From Leucoraja erinacea (lineage: Eukaryota), in NCBI RefSeq assembly GCF_028641065.1, contig NC_073403.1, positions 2,852,001 to 2,916,000 on the forward strand: DNA of 64,000 bases. The letters are read 5' to 3'. Each line of letters begins with the position of its first letter. The first letter of the stretch is position 1. The translations under genes were made by a program, and so were the position numbers. The notes beneath the pieces were generated by a model. That model did no database searches and had not been told where the DNA came from. It saw only the letters and a program-made list of their open reading frames with translations. Positions 26,764 through 40,355 of the stretch are shown piece by piece.

Positions 26764-27767
26764 TTCCTTTAGATCTTGTCACTTTACCACATCAAGGTAC
26801 TGAGGTATCTGGGTTGGTGTCGCTAAAGTAGGAGTGAGTCACTTGGTCACCACGCAATAGCTTACAACCCAACGGTATAAACATTGAACTCTCCCATTTT
26901 TATGTAGCCTTTAAAATCCACCCTTTCTCCCTCGCATCTACAATACACGGCACCTCAGGAAGGCCGTTAGCATTCATAAAGACTCCTCACGCCCTTGCAA
27001 TAGTCTGTTCGAACTTCTACCATATGGCAGACGGTTCAAGGCCTTCTACCCCCGCACCTCCACTCTTAGGAGCAGCTTCAGCCCCAGAGCTATAGCTGCT
27101 CTGAACCGGCCCTGCTGAGTGCCCCCGACTCCCCACATGAACTGTCTCCCTCGGATGGTCACGTCGCCCATTGACCCGGGCACAGACATATTTGCACTTT
27201 CTACTGCTTTAACTTTTTTTAAATCTTGTTTCTCTGGGTGTCTACATTTTTAGCTAATTAAGTTATTACATCGGATGGAAATTGCATTCCAAATCTCGTT
27301 GTACCTCTTGTGCAATGACAATAAAGATATATTATTATCCTCACTTTCTCCACCCACGCCTGTGCCCCACCACCTGAACTCGCGCCTATTTCTCTCCTCT
27401 CCTCTGGCTTCACAATTTGCAGCTCTTCAATCTTTCTGACTCGCACCTTTTTTAATCTCCGGCCTGTGTTCCAACCATCTGTCTTATCAAAACCCGTATG
27501 AGTCTGAATGTCTGAATGAGGATCTCATCCGAAACATCCGCTATCCATGTTCTCCAGAGATGCTGCCTGACCGACCCAGTTACTCCAGCACTGTGCCCTT
27601 TATATATTAACTTTTTCTTGCTTTCCTTTCTGGTTTTATTAGAAGCTTGTTTATTCATTCTATCAGCTCCACTTGCTACCATTCCTAGACGTGGAAGTAT
27701 GTTTTATCCCGACCTGCGTGGTCCGTGCGGGCTCTGCCACTTGAGGTTCCCCTGTTCTCCTTCCTGA

Positions 27768-27875
<108 letters not shown>

Positions 27876-27914
27876 GAGTTGGAAAGGTTTCCTGTCAAGA
27901 TTTCTGTACAATTC

Positions 27915-27920
27915 AATAAA
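27915..27920 (+). terminator. RPL23 polyadenylation signal
   Basis: AATAAA ~40 nt after the stop, followed by U/GU-rich sequence. A second AATAAA is at 28032. Confidence 0.8.
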
Positions 27921-28652
27921 TTTTTACCCAGCCAGAAAAATGATTACTGATTTATTTTTGACTTTTATATCGCGAGTTTTATTTGTAGTGTTCTGTAAGT
28001 AAAGATGCAGATTTCAATCCCCATGTTTGTAAATAAATTATCAATATTTAATGCATTCTTCAATTAGTCTTGCATTTTGATGTCTTTTTGACACAGTGAA
28101 TTAGTACATGTGTGAACTTTATCCATCAATCTATCATGTTCATTCTCCCAGCCTTGGTCCTCTGCCTAATTAGGCAATGTTCTGAGTGAAAGTTACGCCC
28201 CCTAAACATAATAGTGGCGCAGCGATAGAGTTGCTGCCTCGTGCAGCGCCAGAGACCCAGGTTTGATCCTAACTGCTGGTGCTGTTTATATCTTCTACCT
28301 GTGACCACGTGGGTTTTCTCCAGGTGCTCTGATTTCCACCCACACTTCAAAGACGTACGGGTTTGTAGGTTAATTGGCTTCAGTAAACATTGTACATTGT
28401 CCCTGGGGCTATCTTTGATCAGACTTTACTGGCTTTACCTTGCACTCAACGTTATTCCCTTGTGCACATTGTCATTCGCACCATTGTAATCGTGTACTGT
28501 CTTTCTGCTGATTGGTAAGCGCAACAAAACCTTTCCATTGAACCTCAGTACACGTGACAATAAACTATACTGAAATTGTCCCAAGTATGTAGGGTAAAAC
28601 TATCCTTGAGTATAGGAGCAGAGAGGTTCTGCTGCAGTTGTACAGGGTATTG

Positions 28653-29674
28653 GAGTCGGGATATGGGGAAAAGGCAGGAATGGGGTACTGATTGGTCATG
28701 ATCAGCCATGATCACATTGAATGGTGGTGCTGGCTGGCTCGAAGGGCCGAATGGCCTACTCCTGCACCTATTGTCTTTCTACTATTTCACTTCCCAAGGC
28801 TGCCTTCTGGAACATTTGTAATGAGAGCACTTCCACACTTCCATTGTCTATTATCTCAAATTGGATCTCAAAGTGGTTCAGAGACTTGGCAACATTCATA
28901 TTGGATGATATAGGCTGGGTTATAATTCGGCTTGTACTTGCTAGAATTTAGAAGATTGAGGGGGGATCTTATAGAAACTTACAAAAATTCTTGTCTACCT
29001 TCTGAGGAAAGACATTCTTGCCATAGAAGTACAGAGAAGGTTCACCAGACTGATTCCTGGGATGTCAGGACTTTCATATGAAGAAAGACTGGATAGACTC
29101 GGCTTGTACTCGCTGGAATTTAGAAGTTTGAGGGGGGATCTTTAGAAACTTACAAAATTCTTAAGGGGTTGGACAGGCTAGATGCAGGAAGATTGTTCCC
29201 AATGTTGGGGGAAGTCCAGAACAAGGGGTCACAGTTTAAGGATAAGGGGGAAATCTTTTAGGACCGAGATGAGAAAATCATTTTTTACACATCGGTGAAT
29301 CTGTGGAATTCTCTGCCACAGAAGGTAGTTGAGGCCACAGTTCATTGGCTATATTTAAGAGGGAGTTAGATGTGGCCCTTGTGGCTAAAGGGATCAGGGG
29401 GTATGGAGAGAAGGCAGGGAATGGGATACTGAGTTGGATGATCAGCCGAATGGCCTACTCCTGCACCTATTTTCTATGTTTCTAATTCTGTTTCCGCCCA
29501 CACGATGGAGACTGCAAGGCCCTGGTGCCAACTTTACCTGGCTAGTCCTCTTGACAAGCTTCTTCATCGCCTTGCCGCCGAAGGCGTGTTTGGAGTAAGG
29601 GTCTTTCTGCGCGTTATAGGGAGGGATTATATCAGACAGCTTGGGATGGACTCTCTCGTAGGCCAGGGATTTGT
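28653..29674 (-). pseudogene. Inverted partial duplicate of SPMAP1 exon 1 (3' part) plus the start of intron 1
   Basis: Reverse complement of ~32280-33345. Encodes KSLAYERVHPKLSDIIPPYNAQKDPYSKHAFGGKAMKKLVKRTSQ|GTAAAG and lacks the ATG-containing 5' part. Confidence 0.88.
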
Positions 29675-32182
29675 TGGAGTATTGCGTACAGTTTTGGTCT
29701 CCTAATCTAGCTCTCTTGAAAGCATCCAGAGAACCTGCCTCCACAGCCCTCTGAGGCAGATAATTCCACACACTCACCATTCTCTGTGAGAAAAAGTGTT
29801 TCCTCGTCTCCGTTCTAAATGGCTTACTCCTTATTCTTAAACTGTGGCCCCTGGTTCTGGACTCCCCCAATATCGGGAACATGTTTCCTGCCTCTAGTGT
29901 GTCCAAACCCTTAACAATCTTATATGTTTCAATTAGATACCCTCCCATCCTTCTAAACTCTAGAGTGTACAAGCCCAGCTGCTCCATACTCTCAGCATAT
30001 GGCACTCCCGCCATCCCGGGAATTAACCTGGTAAACCTACGCTGCACTCCCTCAATAGCAAGAATGTCCTTCCTCAAATTAGGGGACCAAAACTGCACAC
30101 AATACTCCACATTCTGTGTGAAAAAAACAAACTTTAAGCTTTGCTCCATTCTTACATGTTATTTGTTTCAATAACTGAGCGCAGGAGTAATTTCCACCAC
30201 CTTCACGTTGCCTTAAAGAGGATTAGGTGAGATAGCATGTGTCGGAAGGAACTGCAGATGCTGGTTTACACCAAAGACAGACACAAAAAGCTGGAGGAAC
30301 TCAGCGGGACAGGCAGCACCTCTGGAGAGAAGGAATGGGTGACGTTTCTGGTATCGTTCGCCATATGACAGGATCCGACAACCTGACGAACATTCCCCCT
30401 CCAGTACTTTACACGAGTTGCGTTTAGTCGCTTCCCCTAGCTCTCTCTCTATCCCTCCCCCACCCTAGTTATCCAACTGACAATACCTCAGCTGACAATG
30501 CACTATCGTAGATTTCCTTAAGCATCGCCTGCTTTGATATGCTGTTTTCACACCTCACTCTTCCATATCTCTAGTCTCCCCTGACTCTCGGTCTGAAGAA
30601 GGGTCTCGACCCAAAACGTCACCCATTCCTTCTCTCCAGAGACGCTGCCTGTCCAGTTACTCCAGCATTTTGTGTGTATATCTTAGTGGAGAAAAACGGA
30701 GCCGGGAACAGTTAGACACGGCAGAAGCTGATCGATAAACCCCTTGGATATCGTAACAAGTAGGAGCATTTCTTCAATAGTAATACGAGAAGGTCTTACA
30801 GACTATTTGTAAATTGTCCCTAGTGTGTGGGATAATGTAAGGCATACGGTAGTCGCTGGTCGGCACGGACTCTGTGGGCCGAAGGGCCTATTTCTGCCTT
30901 GTATATCTAAAGGTAACCAACATCAAAACTGCACAAATTTCCAGGTGTTTAAGAAGGAATTGCAGATGCTGGAAAAATCGAAGGTAGACAAAAATGCTGG
31001 AGAAACTCAGCAGGTGAGGCAGCATCTATGGAGCCAAGGAATAGGTGACGTTGAAGAAGGGTCTCGACCCGAAACTCCACAGATGCTGCCTCACCCGCTG
31101 GGTTTCTCCAGCATTTTTGTCCACCTACAAATTTCCAGGTGCTCAGCCAGCAAGGCCCCACCGTGTTCCTCTTTGAACACGTTCTCGGTGACTAATACCA
31201 AAGGTAGACAAAAATCATAGCAAAAGGATTTGAGTATAGGAGCATTCATAGCAAAAGGATTTGAGTGTAGGAGCAGGGAGGTTCTACTGCAGTTGTACAG
31301 GGTCTTGGTGAGACCACACCTGGAGTTTTGCGTACAGTTTTGGTCTCCTAATCTGAGGAAAGACATTCTTGCCATAGAGGGAGTACAGAGAAGGTTCACC
31401 AGACTGATTCCTGGGATGGCAGGACTTTCATATGAAGAAAGACTGGATAGACTCGGTTTGTCCTCGCTAGAATTTAGAAGATTGAGGGGGGATCTTATAG
31501 AAACTTACAAAATTCTCAAGGGGTTGGACAGGCTAGATGCAGGAAGATTGTTCCCGATGTTGGGGAAGTCCAGAACAAGGGGTCACAGTTTAAGGATAAG
31601 GGGGAAATCTTTACCTAGTCCTGCACCTATTTTCTATGTTTCTATGTAAAATGCTGGAGAAACTCAGCGGGTGCAGCAGCGACTATGGAGCGAAGGAAAT
31701 ATTCAACGTTTCGGGCCGAAATCCTTGTTCAATATACCAAATTCTACTTTTGGCACGTCTTAGTACTACCACAAACATAGCTCGATGCTGCTTCTTTGAG
31801 AGAGAATGTTTTTAAACCAACTTTAGATCAAGATGGCCCAATCTAAATGGTTAGTGAAGCAGCCTCTGCTGCTCCTTATATCTAAGCGTGTCAGCCTGTT
31901 CTTTGGAGCTAAATCTATACCTCGCTGGAGAATTGGAAAATAAAATGTGATTATTTTACTCGCGTCGCAATTGAAATTTGCAGGAATATTGTTTATTTCA
32001 TTTGCATCTGGGGTTTTTTTTTTAATCGTCGGCTAAAAATAGTATAACATGATATTTAAAGAAACGTAACAGTGGTTTCCCTGCATGTTGCCGCTGTGAC
32101 ATTTTGTGCCATTTGGTCGGGGCCGGTTTTTATATGTCGGCGGCGGTCGGGAGGCAGGCAGATTTGAACCGGCGCTGCAGTC

Positions 32183-32416
32183 ATGACTGATCGTTCCTGT
32201 CCTTCTGAGCTTTGTTGCCTGGATTATGGATACTTCAAGAAAGAGAAGGGTTTCGTGTTGGACAGCGTGGCCGTGTCCCACAAATCCCTGGCCTACGAGA
32301 GAGTCCATCCCAAGCTGTCTGATGTAATCCCTCCCTACAACGCGCAGAAAGACCCTTACTCCAAACACGCCTTCGGCGGCAAGGCGATGAAGAAGCTTCT
32401 CAAGAGGACTAGCCAG
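32183..32416 (+). CDS. SPMAP1: C17orf98/SPMAP1 (sperm microtubule associated protein 1) exon 1 of 3; CDS spans 32183-40513, 163 aa
   Basis: EKGFVLDSVAVS...PKLSDVIPPYNAQKD motif, donor CAG|GTAAAG, syntenic position between RPL23 and CWC25. The start codon is the most likely choice, not proven. Confidence 0.88.
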
Positions 32417-35400
32417 GTAAAGTTGGCAACAGGGCCTCGCAATCTCCATCGTCTGGGCGGAAACAGAATTAGAAACATAGAAAATAGGTGCAGGAGTAGG
32501 CCATTCGGCCCTTCGAGCCTGCACCGCCATTCAATATGATCATGGCTGATCATCCAACTCAGTATCCCATCTCTGCCTTCTCTCCATACCCTCTGATCCC
32601 CTTAGCCACAAGGGCCACATCTAACTCCCTCTTAAATATAGCCAATGAACTGGCCTCAACTACCCTCTGTGGCAGAGAGTTCCAGAGATTCATCACTCTC
32701 TGTGTGAAAAAAGTTCTTCTCATCTCAGTTTTAAAGGATTTCCCCCTTATCCTTAAACTGTGACCCCTTGTTCTGGACTTCCCCCAACATCGGGAACAAT
32801 CTTCCTGCATCTAGCCTGTCCAACCCCTTAAGAATTTTGTAAGTTTCTATAAGATCCCCCCTCAAACTTCTAAATTCCAGCGAGTACAAGCCGAGTCTAT
32901 CCAGTCTTTCTTCATATGAAAGTCCTGACATCCCAGGAATAAGTCTGGTGAACCTTCTCTGTACTCCTTCTATGGCAAGAATGTCTTTCCTCAGAAGGTA
33001 GACAAGAATTTTTGTAAGTTTCTATAAGATCCCCCCTCAATCTTCTAAATTCTAGCAAGTACAAGCCGAATTATAGCCCAGCCTATATCATCCAATATGA
33101 ATGTTGCCAAGTCTCTGAACCACTTTGAGATCCAATTTGAGATAATAGACAATAGAAGCGTGGAAGTGCTCTCATTACAAATGTTCCAGAAGGCAGCCTT
33201 GGGAAGTGAAATAGTAGAAAGACAATAGGTGCAGGAGTAGGCCATTCGGCCCTTCGAGCCAGCCAGCACCGCCATCCAATGTGATCATGGCTGATCATCC
33301 CCAATCAGTACCCCGTTCCTGCCTTCTCCCCATATCCCCTGACTCTGCTATCTTTAAGAGCCCTATCTTGCTCTCTCTTGAAAGCATCCAGAGGACCTGC
33401 CTCCACCGCCCTCTGAGGCAGAGAATTCCACACTCAGCTACCAAGACAGACGTGTACAGCAATTCATTTTCTCTCCACACAATTAAAGCAGGAATAATCT
33501 CCACCCTACCATAGTTACCCAACCAGACGCAACTAAATTTAAGGTAGCTCTTCTTCTCCAAGAACCCTTTTTTTGCTGAAGTCCACCCTCCGCCACCTCC
33601 AGTTTAGATTCCATTTGGAATATTTTTGGAGGATCAAGAACTATTTCTAAATTATTTGACTGAATTATATGTTTATTAGATGTTATAGAGTCATAGAGTG
33701 TGGAAACAGGTCCTTCGGCCCAAACTGCAGACACCAACCAACATGTCCCATCTAAGATAGTCCCACCAGCCTGCGTTTGGCCCATATCCCTCTAATCCTG
33801 TCCTATCCAAGTACCTGTCCAAATGTTTCTTAAACATTGCCCTGGTACCTGCCTCAACTGCCTCCTCATTCCAAACACCTACCACCTTCTGTGTGAAAAG
33901 ATTACCCCTCAGGTTCCTATTAAATACCCCCCCCCCCCCACACTAAACCTATGTGCTCTATATTACCATATAGTGGAGTATAGAGTATACCATATAGTGG
34001 AGTAAGACTGGATAGACTTGGTTTATACTCTCTAGAATTTAGGAGATTGAGAGGGGATCTTATAGAAACTTACAAAATTCTTAAGGGGTTGGACAGGCTA
34101 GATGCAGGAAGATTGTTCCCGATGTTGGGGAAGTCCAGGACAAGGGGTCACAGCTTAAGGATAAGGGGGAAATCCTTTAAAACCGAGATGAGAAGAACTT
34201 TTTTCACACAGAGAGTGGTGAATCTCTGGAACTCTCTGCCACAGAGGGTAGTTGAGGCCAGTTCATTGGCTATATTTAAGAGGGAGTTAGATGGGCCCTT
34301 GTGGCTAAGGGGGTCAGGGGGTATGGAGAGAAGGCAGGTACGGGATACTGAGTTGGATGATCAGCCATGATCATATTGAATGGCGGTGCAGGCTCGAAGG
34401 GCCGAATGGCCTACTCCTGCACCTAATTTCTATGTTTCTATGTTTCTATATGCTTTAGTTTCGTTTCGAGATACAACATGGAAACAGGCCCTTCAGCCCA
34501 TCAACTCCACATGAGCCATCGATCACCCATTCTATGTTGGTCACTAGTTCTATGTTAGCCCACTTCCATGTCCACAACTTTATCTTCCACAATATGTTGT
34601 ACATCTCTCATCTGTACACAGTGGACGACTTGATTGGAATCATGTATCGTCTTTTCTTTGGATAACATAGAAACATAGACAATAGGTGCAGGAGGAGGCC
34701 ATTCGGCCCTTCGAGCCCGCACCGCCATTCATTGTGATCATGGCTGATCGTCCCCTATCAATAACCCGTGCCTGCCTTCTCCCCGTATCCCTTAACTCCA
34801 CTATAGATAGCATGCAACTAAAAGATTTCACTGCCTCAGTACATGTGACAGTTCTAAACGGAACTCCCCAACACACTGGGGACAATTTACAGGGACAAAT
34901 GCACCAACAATCCCCTTAGTCTTTGGGACGTAGAAGGGAACCAGAGCACCTGGAGGAAACCCATGTGGCCACAGGGAGAATGTACAAACTGTGAAGGCCC
35001 TGGTTTAACTTCACAAAATGCAACACCTCGCACTGCTCTGCATTAAACTCTTATCAGCTGTTCCTCAGCCCGCGTCCAACTGATCAAGATCCCACTGCAA
35101 TTTTTGATAACCATCCACAATACATATAACAGCCTCATATATCCAGCACGGAGGTCGCAGAAGAAGACCAGGCCGACATGCTGGTGCAGCGGAGTTGCTG
35201 CCTCACAGCGCCAGAGACCAGGGTTCGATCCTGACATGGGATGCTTGTCTGTACAGAGTTTGTACGTTCTCCCCGAGAGCTCCAGTTTCCTCCCACCCTC
35301 CAAAAACCTACAGGTTTGTAGGTTAACTGGCTTGGTATAATTGTCAATTATCCCTAGTGTGTGTAGGATAGTGTTAGTGTGCGGGGATCGCTGGTCATTG

Positions 35401-35574
35401 TGGACTCGGTGGGCCGAAGGGCCTGTTTCCGCGCTGTATCTCTAAACTAAACTAAACTAAAGTTCTTGGCACATATCTGAACATTTTTTGGAAAACATGG
35501 GCAGAACTAAAAAGATAAGAGCTGAGTAAAAGATGAATGCAAGGACTACCTTATTAATAAGTATTCTTTATTAG

Positions 35575-35674
35575 GATCACGGTGGCACATCAAACAGCGG
35601 CTGGCTTGTGGACTATTTTTACAAAAATGGACCTGCTCAAAGATACCTCAGCAAGAGAAATATCAATGGAGCAG
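35575..35674 (+). CDS. SPMAP1: SPMAP1 exon 2
   Basis: TATTAG| DHGGTSNSGWLVDYFYKNGPAQRYLSKRNINGA G|GTAAGT. Not in the ORF track. Confidence 0.9.
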
Positions 35675-38600
35675 GTAAGTTATTTTAGATCCTTTTGTGT
35701 AGGGGGGTTGCAGGCAAGGTCATCGGGTCAAAGGGCGTGACGCACGGAGCAGCTCAATCCATGTGGAGGATATGGTGGCCTCGGTATATAACACACGAAA
35801 CGTATACTTTCTTTCCTGTTAAAAACCGCCAAAATGATCATTTTTTGCGCTGTAAATAATTGGGTGCTGTCATTGAAAGCAGGAATGTATCATGTCTAAA
35901 CTGGTGTTATCTCATGATGTAGAGTCTTTTACAATCCACCACAAATTGCCTCCTTCATTAGCGTGTCCAGAGACAGCATCATCTCGATAAGCCTTCGCTA
36001 AAGAAAGCGAACTTTAGATGCAGGAAGATTGTTCCCGATGTTGGGGAAGTCCAGGACAAGGAGTCACAGGTTAAGGATAAGGGGGAAATCCTTTAAAACC
36101 GAGAGGAGGAGAACTTTTTTCACACAGAGAGTGGTGAATCTCTGGAACTCTCTGCCACAGAGGGTAGTCGAGGCCAGTTCATTGGCTATATTTAAGAGGG
36201 AGTTAGATGTGGCCCTTGTGGCTAAAGGGATCAGGGGGTACGGAGAGAAGGCAGGTACAGGATACTGAGTTGGATGATCAGCCATGATCATATTGAATGG
36301 CGGTGCAGGCTCGAAGGGCCGAATGGCCTACTCCTGCACCTAATTTCTATGTTTCTATGAACTCAAAGTCAGAGCAATTTGGTTGCAATATTGTGGGGTT
36401 ATGTTTTTGGGTGACTGGGCGCTCAGAACTAAATGCTCTAGTATCGTTGCTCAGAACCCGAGCGCCACGGTGTAAGCGGCCAAAGGAGCGCATCCCTCGG
36501 GGCAGCCCCCGGGGTCAGCGGTGTCCGGCCACAGCCACCCAAGCAAAGTTGGGGACGGTCTGCTCCCTCCGCCCACCCAGAGTTACTGATCGCGCTGCAC
36601 TGACCCGCTCCTCCCCCCACCTCTCTCTCCCTCCCCCCCCCCCCCCCCCCCCAACCTCCCTCCAAACCCACTCCTCCCCCCCCCCGGGGATAGACGGCCC
36701 GGGGTCCACGATTGTGCAACCAGTCCGGAATGTGGGCCAGAAGAAGGGCCGGCTGTGCCAAGCCGGCAGCCATAGTAAATGCTTACCTGCAGTTCATCGC
36801 CTGTACTCCAGTTGGCGTTGCGTGGCAACATTACGGGTGAAAGGTCGTGACCTTGACTGCGTCCAACCTGCCTATAAAAATAATCCTATTATTGATTTCC
36901 TTTGATGATTTGTGAAATATTACAAAAGGGGGGCACAGTGGAGTTTGTACGTTCTCCCCGTGACCTGCGTGGGTTTTCTCCGGGATCTCTCGTTTCCTCC
37001 CACGCTCCAAAGACGTATAGATTTGTAGGTTAATTGGCTTGTATTAATTGTAAATTGGACCAAGTGGTGTGTAGTCTAGGGCTAGTATATGGGGATCGCT
37101 GGTCGGAGCAGAATCGGTGGGCCGAAGGGCCTGTTTCCTCGCTGTATCTCTAAACTAACCTAATCTGAGTGTGAAAGATTTGCTCTTGGACGGCATCCTT
37201 TGTATATAAAAATTCTTCCAGAATGACTCTCTTGAAAAAAAAAAAAGAAATTGCAGGCTCGAAGGGCCGAATGGCCTACTCCTGCACCTATTTTCTAGGT
37301 TAAATTATTCATTTGGCACTGGCAAATCGACCATGTGTCTTTCATGGGGGGGTCCAGAACCAGGGGCCACAGTTTAAGAATAAGGAGTAAGCCATTTGGA
37401 ACAGAGACGAGGAAACAGTTTTTCTCACAGACAGTTGTGAGTCTGTGGAATTCTCTGCCTCAGAGGGTGGTGGAGGCCGGTTCTCTGGATACTTTCAAGA
37501 GAGAGCTAGATAAGGCTCTTAAAGATAGCGGAGTCAGGGGAAATGGTGAGAAGGCAGGAATGGGGTACTGATTGGGGATGATCAGCCATGATCACATTGA
37601 ATGGCGGTGCTGGCTCGAAGGGCCGAATGGCCTACTCCTGCACCTATTGCCTGTCGTCTATTGTCTATTTCACTTCCCAAGGTTGCCTTCTTGAACATTT
37701 GTAATGAGAACACTTCCACACTGCCACTGGGGTTCGGGGTCACGTGTACAAGCTCAATAAACTTAGGAAATAAGTTGATGAACATTCACAGACACTACAA
37801 TGAGACCTTGCTTTAACACAGCCATAACTGACGCATGGCACAGTGGCACAGCGGTTAGAGCTGCTGCCCCACACCCCCTGACACCTGGATTAAATCCTGA
37901 CCTCAGCGGGACCGGCAGCATCTCTGGAGAGAAGGAATGGGTGACGTTTCAGGTCGAGACCCTTCTTCAGAATGCCTGTCCCGCTGAGTTACTCCTGCAT
38001 TTTGTGTCTACCTTCACAATATTAACAATAGACACCCTAGGGACAATTTACAGAGACTAATGAACCCACCCGCCACCCTTTGTGTGATAAAATTACCCCT
38101 CGGGTTCCTATTAAGTCCTTCCCCCCTCACCTTAAACCTATCTGCTCTGGTTCTCTATTTCCTTACTCTGGGCAACAGACTCTCTGAATCTGCCCGATCT
38201 ATTCGTCTCATGATTTTGTACACAGTCTGAATAAGAAATTTTCAGTCTTCTGAAATGATCAACTCTGTCAAACATGAAATGTACAAAAGAATGAATCCCT
38301 AAAGGGTAAAATATTACGGATGTCAAGATGCATCCTTTATGTCTTTGTGGCGCTCTGTAATCAGACAAGAACAGCGTGAAATGATGTAATTAAAGCAACA
38401 TTGGGGAAAAATAGCCCGCAGAAGAATTGTATTCTCAGATTAAGCATAACTGTGAGGACAGGCAGAATATAAATGTAGACATTAATGCCATCTTGGTAAC
38501 TCACAATGAATTGATTGATAATATCCATTGACTCCAATGACAGGCTGTGTGATTTAGTGCCTAGTAACATGACATAGTAACAGCATGAGTTTGAATATCA

Positions 38601-40355
38601 TTGTCCCACGATATCTCTTGTTAGCTGCTGCGGGCTGGCGCTGAATCCCCTCTTTAGAAACAAGTTGGCATCGAACACCATTCAAAGGCATTTTCGTCTT
38701 TGCCAGAGAGGTACAGTGGGCAAACTTGGTGGCGCAGCGGTAGAGTTGCTGTCTCACAGCGCCAGGGACCCAGGTTCAATCCTGACCACAGGTGCTGTCT
38801 GTACCGTACCTTCTCCCCGTAGAATTGTCCCTAGTGTGTAGGATAGAGCTGGTGTACGGGGATCGCTGGTCGGTGCAGACACAGTGGGTCGAAGGAAGGG
38901 CCTGTTTGAGCGCTGTACCTCTAAACTAAACTAAAGGGGAGATGTGATGTTTAGAGGTGAGTGGAAAAATGTGGCTGAGGGGGGCACCAAGGTCTTTGAA
39001 GATCATTAGGGGCATGGATAAGGTGAACACTCAGTCTTTTTCACAGGGTAGAGGATTGTAAAATTAGATGACATGGAGTGAAAATTAAGTACTTTTGAAT
39101 TTTAGAGATGCAGGGCAGAAACAGGACCTTCGGCCCACCGAGTCCGTACCGACCAGTGAACCCCGTACACTAGCACTCTCCCACACACATAGACACATAG
39201 AAAATAGGTGCAGGAGGCCATTCGGCCCTTCGAGCCTGCACCGCCATTCAATGTGATCATGGCTGATCATCCAACTCAGTATCCTGCTTTCTCTCCATAC
39301 TAGCCTTCTCTCCATACCCCCTGATCCCTTTAGCCACAAGGGCCACAACTCCCTCTTAAATATAGCCAATGAACTGTGGCCTCAACTACCTTCTGCGGCA
39401 GAGAATTCCAGAGATTCACCACTCTCTGTGTGAAAAAAGCTTTCCTCAGATTCAGATTCAGAATCAATTTTAATTGTCATTGTCAGTGTACAGTACAGAG
39501 ACAACGAAATGCATTCCTCATCTCGGTCCTAAAAGATTTCCCCTTTATCCTTAAACTGTGTGACCCCTTGTTCTGGACTTCCCCAACATCGGGAACAATC
39601 TTCCTGCATCTAGCCTGTCCAACCCCTTAAGAATTTTGTAAGTTTCTATAAGATCCCCCCTCAATCTTCTAAATACACTAGGAACAATTTACCATTTCAC
39701 CAAAGCCAATAAATCTACCAACCTGTACGTAGATTTGGAATGTGGAAGAAAACCGGAGGACCCGGGGTAAACCCACACGGCCACAGGGAGAACGTACAGC
39801 ACCACCAAGTCCGTGCCAACCAGCGATCATCCCGCACACAATACAGAACACCAGTGGTGTAAGGTTAAATTGAGCTGTGGTTAATTAAAAAAAAAGAAAC
39901 AACAGCAGAGTTTGGAAGCTCAGCATCGCCAAGGACTGCTCTCACCCCAACCATGGACTGTTTACCCTCCTACCATCCGGGAGGCGCTACAGGGCTCTCC
40001 GTTGCCGGACCAGCAGGTCCAGGAACAACTTCTTCCCTGCGGCTGTTATACTACTCAACACTGTCCCTCGATGACTGCCAATCCCCCCCCACCCCCCGGA
40101 CACTCCTCCCACCAGGAAAAAAGTACTATGACTGTATGCACGTAAATAGATTTATTTATTGCTCATATTTATGTCGCTCTTCTAGAGAGATGCTAACTGC
40201 ATTTCGTTGTCTCTGTACTGTACACTGCACAATGACAATAAAGTTGAATCTGAATCTGATCTGATCTGAAACCTACGTAAGAATTTTGAATAAGAATATG
40301 GGCGATGAAATGGTGCAAGGGGTTTGCATTGATTCTGTGCGCATTGATTTTGCAG

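Noticed and set aside
38729-38790. tRNA gene (A/B boxes, GGTTCAATCC)
   Set aside because: It is the head of a V-SINE, continuing into the V-domain and CR1-like tail, with no complete acceptor stem. The same applies to the other copies.
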